Assembly (NCBI GenBank): GCA_000002445.1
Contig: CP000070.1
Location: forward strand, 1,248,001 to 1,312,000
Reading direction: 5' to 3'
DNA from: Trypanosoma brucei
Lineage: Eukaryota
Length of the DNA stretch: 64,000 nt
The notes beneath the pieces were generated by a model, which saw only the letters and a program-made list of their open reading frames with translations, was not told the origin of the DNA and searched no databases. How positions within the stretch are numbered: the stretch's first letter is position 1; every line of letters begins with the position of its first letter. Position numbers and translations under genes: made by a program. Below are positions 10,633 through 20,601 of this stretch, piece by piece.

Positions 10633-11242
10633 GAGTGCATCCAACAGCCGGTAATCTAAAGACGACCTGTCTGTGCATTAAGTTTAACATTTAAAAAAGA
10701 AAAAAAAGTGGTGCATGTATGCTTAGGCTCCCACGTGCAACAACATTGAATGACTTACGATGTACATGGAGGAAAAGATATAAGAGAGCATGGTTGAGGG
10801 AGCTTGGCACAACACTAGGGAGGAGCTGCAACAAGACCGAAAACAACCTGTACACGGAGAGTTTCATAATAATAACAATAATAACAACAGTGAGAATAAA
10901 TGGAAAGGAAGAAAATCACTTCACTCCCTTCGGCACAAACACCCACACACTTCTTCAGCAAACTCTATGTACACACGCTTTTGTATTGACTACTTTCCCT
11001 GCTAGCGCCACCAAGTACATGTAAGAGCCGCTAGCAGAGAGAACTCAGTTAACTGTGTCTAGGAGTGAGAAATAATTACTACGACAGCAGCAACGGCTAC
11101 AAATGAGTAAAATTGAACAATCGTCGTAGTTAGCTCAATGTGAGAGGGAAAAATAAAAAAGAAAAAAACATAACGAAAAATAAAAAAAAAGCCGCCGTTC
11201 AAACATACACATTCCGACGCCCGGGCGCGGCTCCTTCAGTCC

Positions 11243-12238
11243 TTATATGGGGGCGAGAAACCGATTTCCCTGTGAGCTTTGCGTCCGCCGCGAATTATTC
11301 CCCTGCAACCGTGACTTTTTTGAGGGATTGGCACATAACGTCGGCACATTACATATGTGATCGACCTCCACTGATAGCTGTTTTTGCCGTATCATGGACG
11401 GTTTCTGTAACTGTCCTTGAAGAGGAGAAGGGAGAGCGAACCCACCAATTCCCTGTGGAGTTACAGTTACAGTCACCGGCGAGGAGGAAACCGAGGTCCA
11501 TTGCCTGCCATCAATCAAGTCAAACAATTCATGAACGTCCAGGTCTGCGCTACTCGGGGCTCCCTTTCCGTTCGTGTTCCTGAAGCTGCTGGAGCCGTAT
11601 TCTTGACCACACATATCCACTTGTGAACTGCCGTTGCAGTCAATAGCACTAATGCGCCGCATGGCGTTCTTCCTCGACGTCTCGTCCAACCGATTCGCAA
11701 GCGAAATCGCCAGGGCCTTCCATCGCTCCCGCTCCGGTAAAGTGCCTTCCACCTTCTGTTCTAAGCGATGGCCACGCTGTTCCGCCTCTCTACATCGCGA
11801 CTCTACAAAACAGAGAGCCGAGCGCGCTGCCCTGTAGTTGTGATCTGCCCACTGAAGCTTAACACATTGTGCATGAGTTTGTTGCAACTCCTCCGTACAT
11901 TTTCGAACGACCGCGAGCAGATCCGTATATTTTTCTTTCAAATCATCGCGCTCTGTCTTTAGTGCTTCCATCTCACTCGTTAGCTTTTCGATCCTCTCCT
12001 CTTGCGCCAAACTCGCCTCTTTCGTGCATGCTTCGTTGTCCAACTGGATGGAGGAGCCACCAGTGTTGCTACAATCCCGTGCAGTCTTTGCGTTTAGCGC
12101 CCCTTCGAGGTTTGCGATGCGTGTTTTGAGTGCGGTGATAATCTCCCCAAGTGTCTTTATAATACCTTGCTGATCAGCAATTGTCTGCATCGTCAGCCTT
12201 GGATCAGCTTCAGCCAATGGAGGAACGCCATCACTCAT
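11243..12238 (-). CDS. coiled-coil hypothetical protein
   Basis: 331 aa with a verified ATG. A long heptad region runs LGEIITALKTRIANLEGALNAK...LTSEMEALKTERDDLKEKYTDLLAVVRKCTEELQQ. The C-terminus is Ser/Gln-rich and low-complexity. Confidence 0.6.
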   Translation of the reverse strand: MSDGVPPLAEADPRLTMQTIADQQGIIKTLGEIITALKTRIANLEGALNAKTARDCSNTGGSSIQLDNEACTKEASLAQEERIEKLTSEMEALKTERDDLKEKYTDLLAVVRKCTEELQQTHAQCVKLQWADHNYRAARSALCFVESRCREAEQRGHRLEQKVEGTLPERERWKALAISLANRLDETSRKNAMRRISAIDCNGSSQVDMCGQEYGSSSFRNTNGKGAPSSADLDVHELFDLIDGRQWTSVSSSPVTVTVTPQGIGGFALPSPLQGQLQKPSMIRQKQLSVEVDHICNVPTLCANPSKKSRLQGNNSRRTQSSQGNRFLAPI

Positions 12239-12953
12239 TGTTATTCGTATTCAACTCTTAAGTTGCAACCGCTCCACACACACACACAAAAAGATTCCCA
12301 CACGCAGTCGCTTCCCTCCCCCTGACTCCTTTCTTTTTTTCCTGTAGTTTATTACTTGGTTTACTCTGTTACACTTGGTTGAACTTCTTGTACCTACGTG
12401 CACAGACTGAAAAAGATGGTTCCTGCTGAGTGCAGGGTATAAAGCGGTGCAGAAGAGAAGGAATGCGTCAGCGGTAACAAAATAAAACCGATTAATCACA
12501 ATGAAAACAAAAACTCACCGATTTTGTGGAGCAACGCAAAGCGAATAGAAGAAGTGTGGATGCACATATATATATATATGTGTGTGTGTGTGACTTATGT
12601 GACGCATTTTACATGTCGTGCAGACTTGCCACTGATAAGGACATATAACGATTCACAAGTGCCAAATAGAAAGGGAACTAAAAAGAACCAAGAGCAAGTA
12701 AACAACAGAAAAATGCCTTAAACCAGTAACGTAAGATTCTCCCTACTCCTTACCCTCACTGTTTTTTTTGTTGTTGGAGGGGAGGGAGACGGGATGAAGA
12801 ATAAACAAGGGGGAAAAGGACCCTCAGCATCCATTTATTTTCCACACCAAAGACTTTTTTTCAAAAAAAAAGGACATACACGAATAGTTGATGCCGCTGA
12901 TCGCCCCAACCTCTCAACTATTTTCAGTCAACAAACTGGTGGAAATAGATAAG

Positions 12954-14195
12954 TTATGCTCGCTTGCAGGGTTTAATAAGGCTCACTATCGTCTCCGTGC
13001 AAGCTGCAATGGTAGCTTCTCCCAGAAGGGCGACGTCAATAGGCCCCGATGAGATGGAACTGCTTTTTGACTTCGGATCCAGGTCGTCGCGGTATTTGAC
13101 GTGTTTCGAAGTCGTCTTCTCCTTCTTGGCGGGGTCCGTCTGCTGGGTGACGGTTACTTCAACGACCGGCACCGTGCGGCTGTTGTTGTACCGCAACACT
13201 ACGAGAGCAGAAGCTTGTGGCTCTTCGCAAACGTAACTAAATGTAGCAGTTCGCGAAACCTGAGCGCCTTGTGCACTTGTGGTATCCACACCCATGTTCA
13301 CATCCAGTGGCAAACCAAACAAAAATGTCAAGTGATCCACCAACTGGAGGAAGTGAAGTGGCTCCCAGAGGCAATTCAACAACGCGCTCTCTAGGAAAGG
13401 AATGAAATCCATCATGCAGACACTACTTCTTTGAAGTGTTTTTTGAAACTGCCCGGTGTGACGCGGTAGGCCTTGCAGAGAAATGACCCTACGGACGAGT
13501 TCAGCGATGGATATTTCAACCCATCCTTCCGTTCCTTTGGCTTCAATTTCAACTTCCTCTCTCAGTGCTTTTACATTTACAGAACTATGATCCACCATGA
13601 GCACCATGAGCAACGATATCTCCACTTTCGCCACAGATGGAGCACTGCCACCCCCCAACCCCGTAAGCTTTCCGTAGAGCTCAAGGATGCCTCCTAAATC
13701 TTCACAGATTTTCTCGTTCTTCTCCTGCAGCAGCGGAATGGATAAAGCAAGGCACGTGTGATCAATTGAATCTTGGACTACACCCTCAACACACCGACCG
13801 TCAGCTCCGCTGATCGTGCTCAGGTAGGAGTCGTAATCGAAGCTTAGTTTGCTATTGATATTCCCTAATGTACTTGACAGCTCGCCTGTGCACTTTTTAA
13901 TGTAGCTACGTTGGATCCATTCAACGAGACCTTGCACGCGTACAGTTAACGGGGTTTCCATGTCGAATTGTGGTTTTGTCCCAGCATCCAACCACGAGTA
14001 GTCTGCAAAGCGATTACGATCGGGATTAGCACTACTGCCATCAAAGTCGTTCGGCGTCGAGTTGGAATGGCACAGCACAAAGTCTAAATCGGGTGTATCT
14101 TCGCCCTTAAAAACGTACGCGTCGAATAAATGAAGGCTTAATGCTTTGATGGGATATGGGTTGTTAATGGTATCACTGGTTTTACAATGGTACAT
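12954..14195 (-). CDS. conserved-looking hypothetical protein
   Basis: The ORF-track start at 14204 is TTG. The first ATG is at 14193-14195 (413 aa, starting MYHCKTSDTINNPYP). The reading frame is long, uninterrupted and of balanced composition, but I cannot name a domain from sequence alone. Confidence 0.55.
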   Translation of the reverse strand: MYHCKTSDTINNPYPIKALSLHLFDAYVFKGEDTPDLDFVLCHSNSTPNDFDGSSANPDRNRFADYSWLDAGTKPQFDMETPLTVRVQGLVEWIQRSYIKKCTGELSSTLGNINSKLSFDYDSYLSTISGADGRCVEGVVQDSIDHTCLALSIPLLQEKNEKICEDLGGILELYGKLTGLGGGSAPSVAKVEISLLMVLMVDHSSVNVKALREEVEIEAKGTEGWVEISIAELVRRVISLQGLPRHTGQFQKTLQRSSVCMMDFIPFLESALLNCLWEPLHFLQLVDHLTFLFGLPLDVNMGVDTTSAQGAQVSRTATFSYVCEEPQASALVVLRYNNSRTVPVVEVTVTQQTDPAKKEKTTSKHVKYRDDLDPKSKSSSISSGPIDVALLGEATIAACTETIVSLIKPCKRA

Positions 14196-14598
14196 AGCCT
14201 GCAATTGTGTAATATATCCTATTTTATATTACTTCCTGCACTTCCCTCCCTTTTCTACCCCACTCCGTGCTGCCACTCTTTCCTTCCCCACCACCAAAAT
14301 AAAATTGCAGTGACGATAATCAACAACAACAAGACAACAGAAAAGGAGGGAAGAGGAGAGGGACTTGAGGGAAAAAATCTAAACGCTCGAGGATCAGGGA
14401 AGGTGGCAAAAGAAGGGAGGACATAAGGTGAGTTTCATGTCACATTGCGGAACAGCAACCCAAAGTTTATACGCACGTGCATATACGTGAGTGGATGCAG
14501 AAAAATATAAGCATTAACAACAACTTTACCCCATACAATTCATCACCAAACAACTTCTCCCACCGCTGCACTCCTTTTCATATCATCCGCTCCCCTGC

Positions 14599-16218
14599 CT
14601 ACAAAACGTCCAACAGTCCTGAGCGCGACAAATCCATAACACCCCAAATGCCACCATACGAACCTCCATGATGCGTGCGCGCCACAGCAGAGAAGAGCAA
14701 CAACGCCTCAAACAGTGAATTGGGCCCCGGTTGTGTCGGGTAAGTTTTATCCACAGCTCCGGTGCGGTAACGTACATAAAAGTATGGCTCACCCGTATCG
14801 CCTACGACTAGCGCAAGGTGCTGCTGCGCGTTGAGCGGTTGGTGAGGGAACCTCACATAGTTGGTGAAGCCGGGTACACATGTGCGCAGAATGTGCGTTA
14901 GTAAGTGGGCATCTGTTGGGAAATCGTCGCGCCATGTGCTTATGTCCCCACAGTTGTGGTGGTACGACGCAAGCGACTTTTGAGATGCAAATGTCCGGAT
15001 CCGCCCCACCACATAGGTGCGTCGTGCTTGCTGCTCAGCAACAGATGCTGGTGAAGAGGGTGTGAACGTTGCGGTAGTGTCCAGTTTCATCTCCAGCTGT
15101 AGTCGTTGATCTATGTGCATAGTTACGTCAATGTTCTGCACATTCTGCCCTTGCGTAGCAATTTTGTTTCTTTCATCCATGAGGGCATCCATTTTCCTTA
15201 CAGATGGTGGGGACGAGACGGGCTGCGCTGGCACACCAAATCCCACTCTAGGGGCAGATGAAGGAGGAGGCACAACAATTGTCTCATCCAAGCTGTGGCC
15301 GCAGTCAAAATGCCTCAACTGTCGCTCGACGAACCAGCGGTTTGTTGAGTCCACCTCCTCCACAAGAGTCTGGCAAAGGTCCGACAGCCACTTGCGCACC
15401 TTCACTTGGGAACGCTCGGGGTCGACAATACCTAAGCCATTCCACATTGTCTCCGCTGGTCGATCGGCAGATGCTGCGGCGGAAGCCCTCTCGCCACCAC
15501 TGCCGTACTGCACGCGAATGCCTTCAGATGACACCGAACCAAACCCACCACCAGCTGCCAGCGGGGCGCTGATGGAGGTCGCAGCTGCGGGAGCTGTTGC
15601 CATGGAACCCGAAACGGTACCAGTGGCGTTAACAGAATTGTGTGCCGTCGGAAGCGACCCCTCCATTCTCTTGGGTAGTTCCTTTGCCGAGAGAAACTTA
15701 TCCAGTTCGGCACGTGTTCGTATGGCATACTCGCCCTCCAGGTCGTGGTGACCCTTCACACCAATAGGTTCGGTTAGTACTTCTGTGGCCCCCGCTGTTG
15801 TCGTTGATTGAACGGTTGCGGGTGAAAAGGGCACGGACAACCCCGGTGCTTTCCGGTAGGGGCCGCACGCACCAGCGAAAGGGCTCCGGTGCTTCTTCCC
15901 GTGACGGTCCTTGTCACTTGACTCCTTCAATAACGACATGCAGAGAAGCAGTACCAATGAGGCAACAAAAATACAACCCGAAACTCCACCCACTTGCTCT
16001 ATCATCGAATCCTCCAGAACTTCGACTAACACGTCGTCTATCCATACGTGTGTAACACCCCTGGGGTACAGCCAAGCCATCACATACAAGGTAGCGTAGA
16101 GCACTCCACTGATAGCAGCTATGATTTTCAGGTGAAAGCGCTTCGTCTCCCGTCCGTACACGATATTGCGCCTCTGCCGGTCAAGTTCGATAAGTTGATC
16201 CGCATATGAGAGTCGCAT
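14599..16218 (-). CDS. hypothetical membrane protein (two N-terminal TM helices, long Ser/Ala/Pro-rich middle, conserved-looking C-terminal domain)
   Basis: 539 aa with a verified ATG. TM segments: LKIIAAISGVLYATLYVMAWLYP and GGVSGCIFVASLVLLLCMSLL. The C-terminal region ...NCGDISTWRDDFPTDAHLLTHILRTCVPGFTNYVRFPHQP...GEPYFYVRYRTG looks globular. Confidence 0.6.
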   Translation of the reverse strand: MRLSYADQLIELDRQRRNIVYGRETKRFHLKIIAAISGVLYATLYVMAWLYPRGVTHVWIDDVLVEVLEDSMIEQVGGVSGCIFVASLVLLLCMSLLKESSDKDRHGKKHRSPFAGACGPYRKAPGLSVPFSPATVQSTTTAGATEVLTEPIGVKGHHDLEGEYAIRTRAELDKFLSAKELPKRMEGSLPTAHNSVNATGTVSGSMATAPAAATSISAPLAAGGGFGSVSSEGIRVQYGSGGERASAAASADRPAETMWNGLGIVDPERSQVKVRKWLSDLCQTLVEEVDSTNRWFVERQLRHFDCGHSLDETIVVPPPSSAPRVGFGVPAQPVSSPPSVRKMDALMDERNKIATQGQNVQNIDVTMHIDQRLQLEMKLDTTATFTPSSPASVAEQQARRTYVVGRIRTFASQKSLASYHHNCGDISTWRDDFPTDAHLLTHILRTCVPGFTNYVRFPHQPLNAQQHLALVVGDTGEPYFYVRYRTGAVDKTYPTQPGPNSLFEALLLFSAVARTHHGGSYGGIWGVMDLSRSGLLDVL

Positions 16219-16535
16219 CTAATCGATTCAGTCGAACACAACTCCGAGCCGCTTCTAGTCCTGCTGAGACCTCTTTTTCGGCAATCAAAGTGACAGGCAA
16301 AAGGGGTAAGATAACGGACATACAGGACAATAACAGCACAATACGTGGGATTGAAAAGAACCTGCAGCGGCAAGTGGGTAGTAACAACCATAGTGGTGAT
16401 AAGTGGGGTATGCGCTTCTTTCAAATATATATATAAATAAAGCAAATAAAGAATGTACATACGCACATATATATGTATATATATGGTAGTACGTCGAGAC
16501 TGCAATAAGCGGGTAAGTACAGCCCCTCATTTCGC

Positions 16536-17132
16536 TTACAAGACACCGCAGTCGGAAATGCGGACAGGTGATGTTGGTTTATCCCCAGTACCAGTTTTTA
16601 CACCCTCCACTTTCCTCACCACGTCCATGCCCTCAAGTACCTTACCGAAGACAACATGGCGACCGTCAAGCCATGGTGTGTCCACGGTTGTAATGAAAAA
16701 TTGCGAGCCGTTTGTATTTGGTCCAGCATTCGCCATGGACAGGGCACCAATGAAGTGCTTCACGTTGAAGTTCTCATCATCAAAGCGCGCACCATAGATG
16801 GATTTGCCGCCGGTGCCGTCATGGTTAGTCATATCGCCTCCTTGAATCATGAAATTGCGGATTACACGGTGGAAAGTGGAGTCCTTGTAGCCGAAGCCAT
16901 TTACGCCAGTCGCGAGCTGTTTAAAGTTCTCCACTGTGCGGGGAGTTTCCTTGCCGAATAGCCCAATGACGATACGGCCGGCAGGTTCGGAGCCAATGGT
17001 GATGTCAAAAAACACCTTATCTGTAACTTCTGGTGAGGCCTTCACGCCTCCCGCCATGGAGAGGACAGCCACTGCCACCAACAAAGCTGGCATGAAGGCT
17101 GGGGTTTTCGCTGAAATGTCAAAAAAAAGCAT
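16536..17132 (-). CDS. cyclophilin-type peptidyl-prolyl cis-trans isomerase, secretory-pathway form with signal peptide
   Basis: Cyclophilin signatures are present: [52 protein letters not shown]. The first ATG at 17130-17132 gives [13 protein letters not shown]... An internal ATG at 17091-17093 would start a classic signal peptide, [19 protein letters not shown]. Either may be the real start. Confidence 0.9.
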   Translation of the reverse strand: MLFFDISAKTPAFMPALLVAVAVLSMAGGVKASPEVTDKVFFDITIGSEPAGRIVIGLFGKETPRTVENFKQLATGVNGFGYKDSTFHRVIRNFMIQGGDMTNHDGTGGKSIYGARFDDENFNVKHFIGALSMANAGPNTNGSQFFITTVDTPWLDGRHVVFGKVLEGMDVVRKVEGVKTGTGDKPTSPVRISDCGVL

Positions 17133-17665
17133 TTGTCAGTGCCTTTTCACTGGTTTCGTTTGCCTTGTGTAGGTTCTTTTCTTCGCTTTTTTTTTTAAAG
17201 TAGTGCGACGAGGTTTGCTAAAACAACTGCAGAAAGAGTGATAGTGACGGTTAGTTCAGCAACGGCACTGACACAGAAGCGCGTTGGGTAAGTCAAAGAC
17301 GAGGGAGGGGGAAAACCGGCCGTGTGCCCGTGGAAGAGTCCGCACATGGCAATGAGCTAATGGATGGTGATAAAGTTCCCGTTAACTTCTTTTTATCCAC
17401 ATCAAAAACGGAGGAACTTTCATCGAATACAACCTGTACGACATGACGTCGGTTTAAACTGAAGAGGACACATCTACATTGAAAGCAGCAAGAGCACACC
17501 GCATCAACCTGTGTGTGCGTGTATATGTTTGGATGGTCTGGTTTATTGACGAACCCAGAAATGGGATCGTACAACGTGGGCATGAGCAATAACAGGCAAG
17601 TAAACAAGTCACTTCTCAACACAAATTCCAGAGACTCGGTAAAAAATAAACGTGGGAGCACTGTT

Positions 17666-18148
17666 CTAAGCCCTTGCACGTGCCCTGGCCGAGGCCTCGC
17701 GATGCAAGCGGTCACGCACTGCCATCAGAATGACCCCAAGTAAATTGTGTCCCGTCCCATCGCCAGCGTCTCCCCAAAAATCGTCTTCCTCCGTGTGGTC
17801 GACAATCAGCCTGGTTCCGGTGTTCATCAGAATTTCCCGGGCGTTTTCATTTTGTTTGAACTTCATGTAGTTTCCTAACAACATCACATCTACTTTTAAT
17901 CTGTCCCAGTCGCCCCGCTGCCGACCCTCCCTCTCTGCAACGCGCACAAGGCGGTCTAACTCCCATACCGACGCCGCCGACTGAAATGGTGCCGCGTCGG
18001 GTAAACCTCCAAACCGCTCCGTCAGAAAATAATGATGCAACGAGGGGAACTGCGTGTGATGTATGGTCACTGGGTGAGGCGAAAGGGGACTGAAAACCCC
18101 ATACGGCTTCTCCCGTGAGTCGTGGAACCGCACAACTCCCTTACTCAT
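17666..18148 (-). CDS. NADAR-domain protein (YbiA-like, DUF1768 family)
   Basis: 160 aa with a verified ATG. The sequence reads VRFHDSREKPYGVFSPLSPHPVTIHHTQFPSLHHYFLTERF...GNYMKFKQNENAREILMNTGTRLIVDHTEEDDFWGDAGDGTGHNLLGVILMAVR. It matches the NADAR fold consensus (F..........LSN......F.S.EHY.Q..KF ... L..TG...L.E....D..WG.G..G.N.LG..LM.VR). Confidence 0.75.
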   Translation of the reverse strand: MSKGVVRFHDSREKPYGVFSPLSPHPVTIHHTQFPSLHHYFLTERFGGLPDAAPFQSAASVWELDRLVRVAEREGRQRGDWDRLKVDVMLLGNYMKFKQNENAREILMNTGTRLIVDHTEEDDFWGDAGDGTGHNLLGVILMAVRDRLHREASARARARA

Positions 18149-18854
18149 CTTCTGCTGGTTACTGGCACGTCACTTATACAAGTACTTGTCCTTCAGCGCC
18201 ACCTCTATGCCCCCGCCACGTCTTGGCTGGTAAAATGTGCAGCTGAGACCTTCTCTCTTTCCCTTCTCTCTCCGGACGATCTATCACTCCTCTAAAACGG
18301 ATGCTTAATCTCCTCCTTCAATGAAACAAATCCTCGGGTTCCGCACCAGCACAAACACGCAAATATATATATATATATGTGTGTGTGTATTCAGCAAGTT
18401 GTGAACGGCAAGTTCGGGGGTTGAACAAGAGTAAAAAAGTTGGAAGGAAGCAAATTTAATTTTCCAGTTAAAAACGAAAGAAATGAATGGGTAAAAGAGG
18501 TTAGGGTTAGACAACAAAACAAAGGGAATAGACGAAGAATTTGGGTAAGGGGTGGGAGTTGCGAGCAAATTTACGCATATATATGTATATATTTATATAT
18601 GCGTGGCTTTGTGTGTGTAAAAGACTATCCAAACCAATCGGTGAGGTTGCAGAAGTAGCCACTCCTTCAGCACATCCTCCTCTTTAACATCGCGTACTTC
18701 TCCTTCCCTTTTTTTTTCACGTTTGACGTCTTCGCACGGACCGAAGCATACGCCTGTCGCGTTCTTCCCTCCTTTCCTCCCCTCCTCTTCTTTTCCCTTC
18801 GCCTTTATACTACTCTGCAAACGTCCACATACGACGCCACGCACGGGAGCGCGT

Positions 18855-19631
18855 TTAGTCTTTGCGGAGCTCAAACATTTCTGTACCCACTCCATCCGCA
18901 GTAACGATGTGGAAGCACACGGTGTCACCAGTGAATATGTCCCTCTCAGCTGCACCAGTGAAGGCATTTTTCAACATGCCCAGAGCCTCTTCCATCGTGA
19001 GGTCAGCCGGCGCCTGCGTAACCATGTGTTGTCGAGTAAGCAAACAGTCCAATAGTGGCTCCACAAAGCTGCTAGCGGAACCACATGTGCCATAACGAAA
19101 GGGTTCCGTCGAGCCAACAGGGTCGTAACTGTAGCACACACCTGCGCCCTTCTCGTCAATGCCAACGATCATATTGAATGTGTAGTATGGGAAAAAACGC
19201 CGTTGATAGAGCATTGTGGACGTAAGCTTTGCGATGGCCTTTGTTGACGGCACTTTCCCACCGTTATTGTATTGATACCATTGAATGCGATACTTAAGCA
19301 TCTGCTGCAACTGAAGACGGTCCGCTTGCATGCCCGACGACGCGAGGAAGATGCGGTCAGTGAGTTTAAACAACTTGGAAGTATCCGAGCGGGTGTGAAT
19401 GCAGAAGTCACCGTTCAAGCGTGTATCGGCGCCAAGCACAACGTAGTTGCTTCCTGCAATGGCAGCGATGGTGCCACCATTGTCTGTGTAGGGAGACCAG
19501 TGTTGCGGGTGTCCCTTGGCCCCTTGGCGTAGAGGAAGTGTTAACACAGAGTTTCCTAACTTTCTGGAGTAACCGTGATGCTGCAAGGTATTTGCTTCAC
19601 CTACGTGGTGCTCACTGAAGTCTTCAATCAT
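18855..19631 (-). CDS. 20S proteasome beta-6 subunit (PSMB1 orthologue, non-catalytic beta)
   Basis: 258 aa with a verified ATG. There is near-collinear similarity to human PSMB1: [28 protein letters not shown] against [61 protein letters not shown] against [33 protein letters not shown], and a C-terminal ...FELRKD against ...VSLRKD. Confidence 0.9.
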   Translation of the reverse strand: MIEDFSEHHVGEANTLQHHGYSRKLGNSVLTLPLRQGAKGHPQHWSPYTDNGGTIAAIAGSNYVVLGADTRLNGDFCIHTRSDTSKLFKLTDRIFLASSGMQADRLQLQQMLKYRIQWYQYNNGGKVPSTKAIAKLTSTMLYQRRFFPYYTFNMIVGIDEKGAGVCYSYDPVGSTEPFRYGTCGSASSFVEPLLDCLLTRQHMVTQAPADLTMEEALGMLKNAFTGAAERDIFTGDTVCFHIVTADGVGTEMFELRKD

Positions 19632-20039
19632 ATCTGCAACACAACGTTTATATTCCGCGCGGTTTCGTATAATGCTTGCTTTTAACTAAAACAAAATAGT
19701 AGATTTCCTGGTAAGTGAAGTGCAGTCGACGACAGTTTGAGAGACAAAAATCAAAATATTAAAATCGCTTCAGTTGGAGAACTAAAAAAAAAAAATACAA
19801 TGTGAACCTTTATTCGGGTCTTTCCCGACCGCTCTGCTTTTCCAGTACGATGGTGTATTGTATAACAAATTCACGCAAGCACGTATACATCACGAACTCT
19901 CAGAAAATGTACCGGATACTGCCAATGGAAACTTCAGAGACGCATAGGTGAACCAAGTGAGGCGACACACACCCTCACATGGCACACTTTTAATGCCACA
20001 CAACACTCGCACACACAATACCAAAATATACCAAACGGG

Positions 20040-20351
20040 CTACATGGGCCTCCCGCTACGAATTCCCTCCTGCATCTCAAATTCCTTCATTTCCAATCGT
20101 TTTTTGTAGTGCTCACGGGCTGCTTCACAAGCGGGACATGTGTCACCGCGCGCTAAGATGCGTCGCGCCTGCTGATAGACCTCGAAGAGCAGAAGTGCCG
20201 CACAGGTTGAAGCCGAGAGAATCCACATGCTGTAATTCTGTGAGCCCTCGCTGTAACCAAAATCACGTGTGTTAAATACTTCCCACGGCCTTTCGCGGGG
20301 TCGCCGCGCCTTCGGTAGGCGCACAAACAGCGAGGTCGTACGTTGCAACAT
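20040..20351 (-). CDS. small single-pass membrane protein with mitochondrial-presequence-like N-terminus (hypothetical)
   Basis: The ORF-track start at 20450 is TTG. The first ATG is at 20349-20351 (103 aa). The protein reads MLQRTTSLFVRLPKARRPRERPWEVFNTRDFGYSEGSQNYSMWILSASTCAALLLFEVYQQARR then CPACEAAREHYKKRLEMKEFE, giving one TM helix and a C-terminal CxxC. Confidence 0.45.
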   Translation of the reverse strand: MLQRTTSLFVRLPKARRPRERPWEVFNTRDFGYSEGSQNYSMWILSASTCAALLLFEVYQQARRILARGDTCPACEAAREHYKKRLEMKEFEMQEGIRSGRPM

Positions 20352-20601
20352 TAACCACTTTTTTTTTTCGAAAACGAAAACAAAGGAAAAGGTGGTCCGT
20401 GATGCAGGAAGTAGCTTTATCTCGGAAAGGCTCCATATGGGACACAACAAAGACTCGAATCACAGAAACGAAAACAAGCAACCAAAAAAAGAAAAAAAAA
20501 ATCATCCAGTCGCAAAATAACGAAAGGATACAGCGAGCGACACGGAAAGAGGGGGAAGCTTCGCCACGGCACTGAACCAAAAAGTTTGCGTGGAACATAT
20601 T

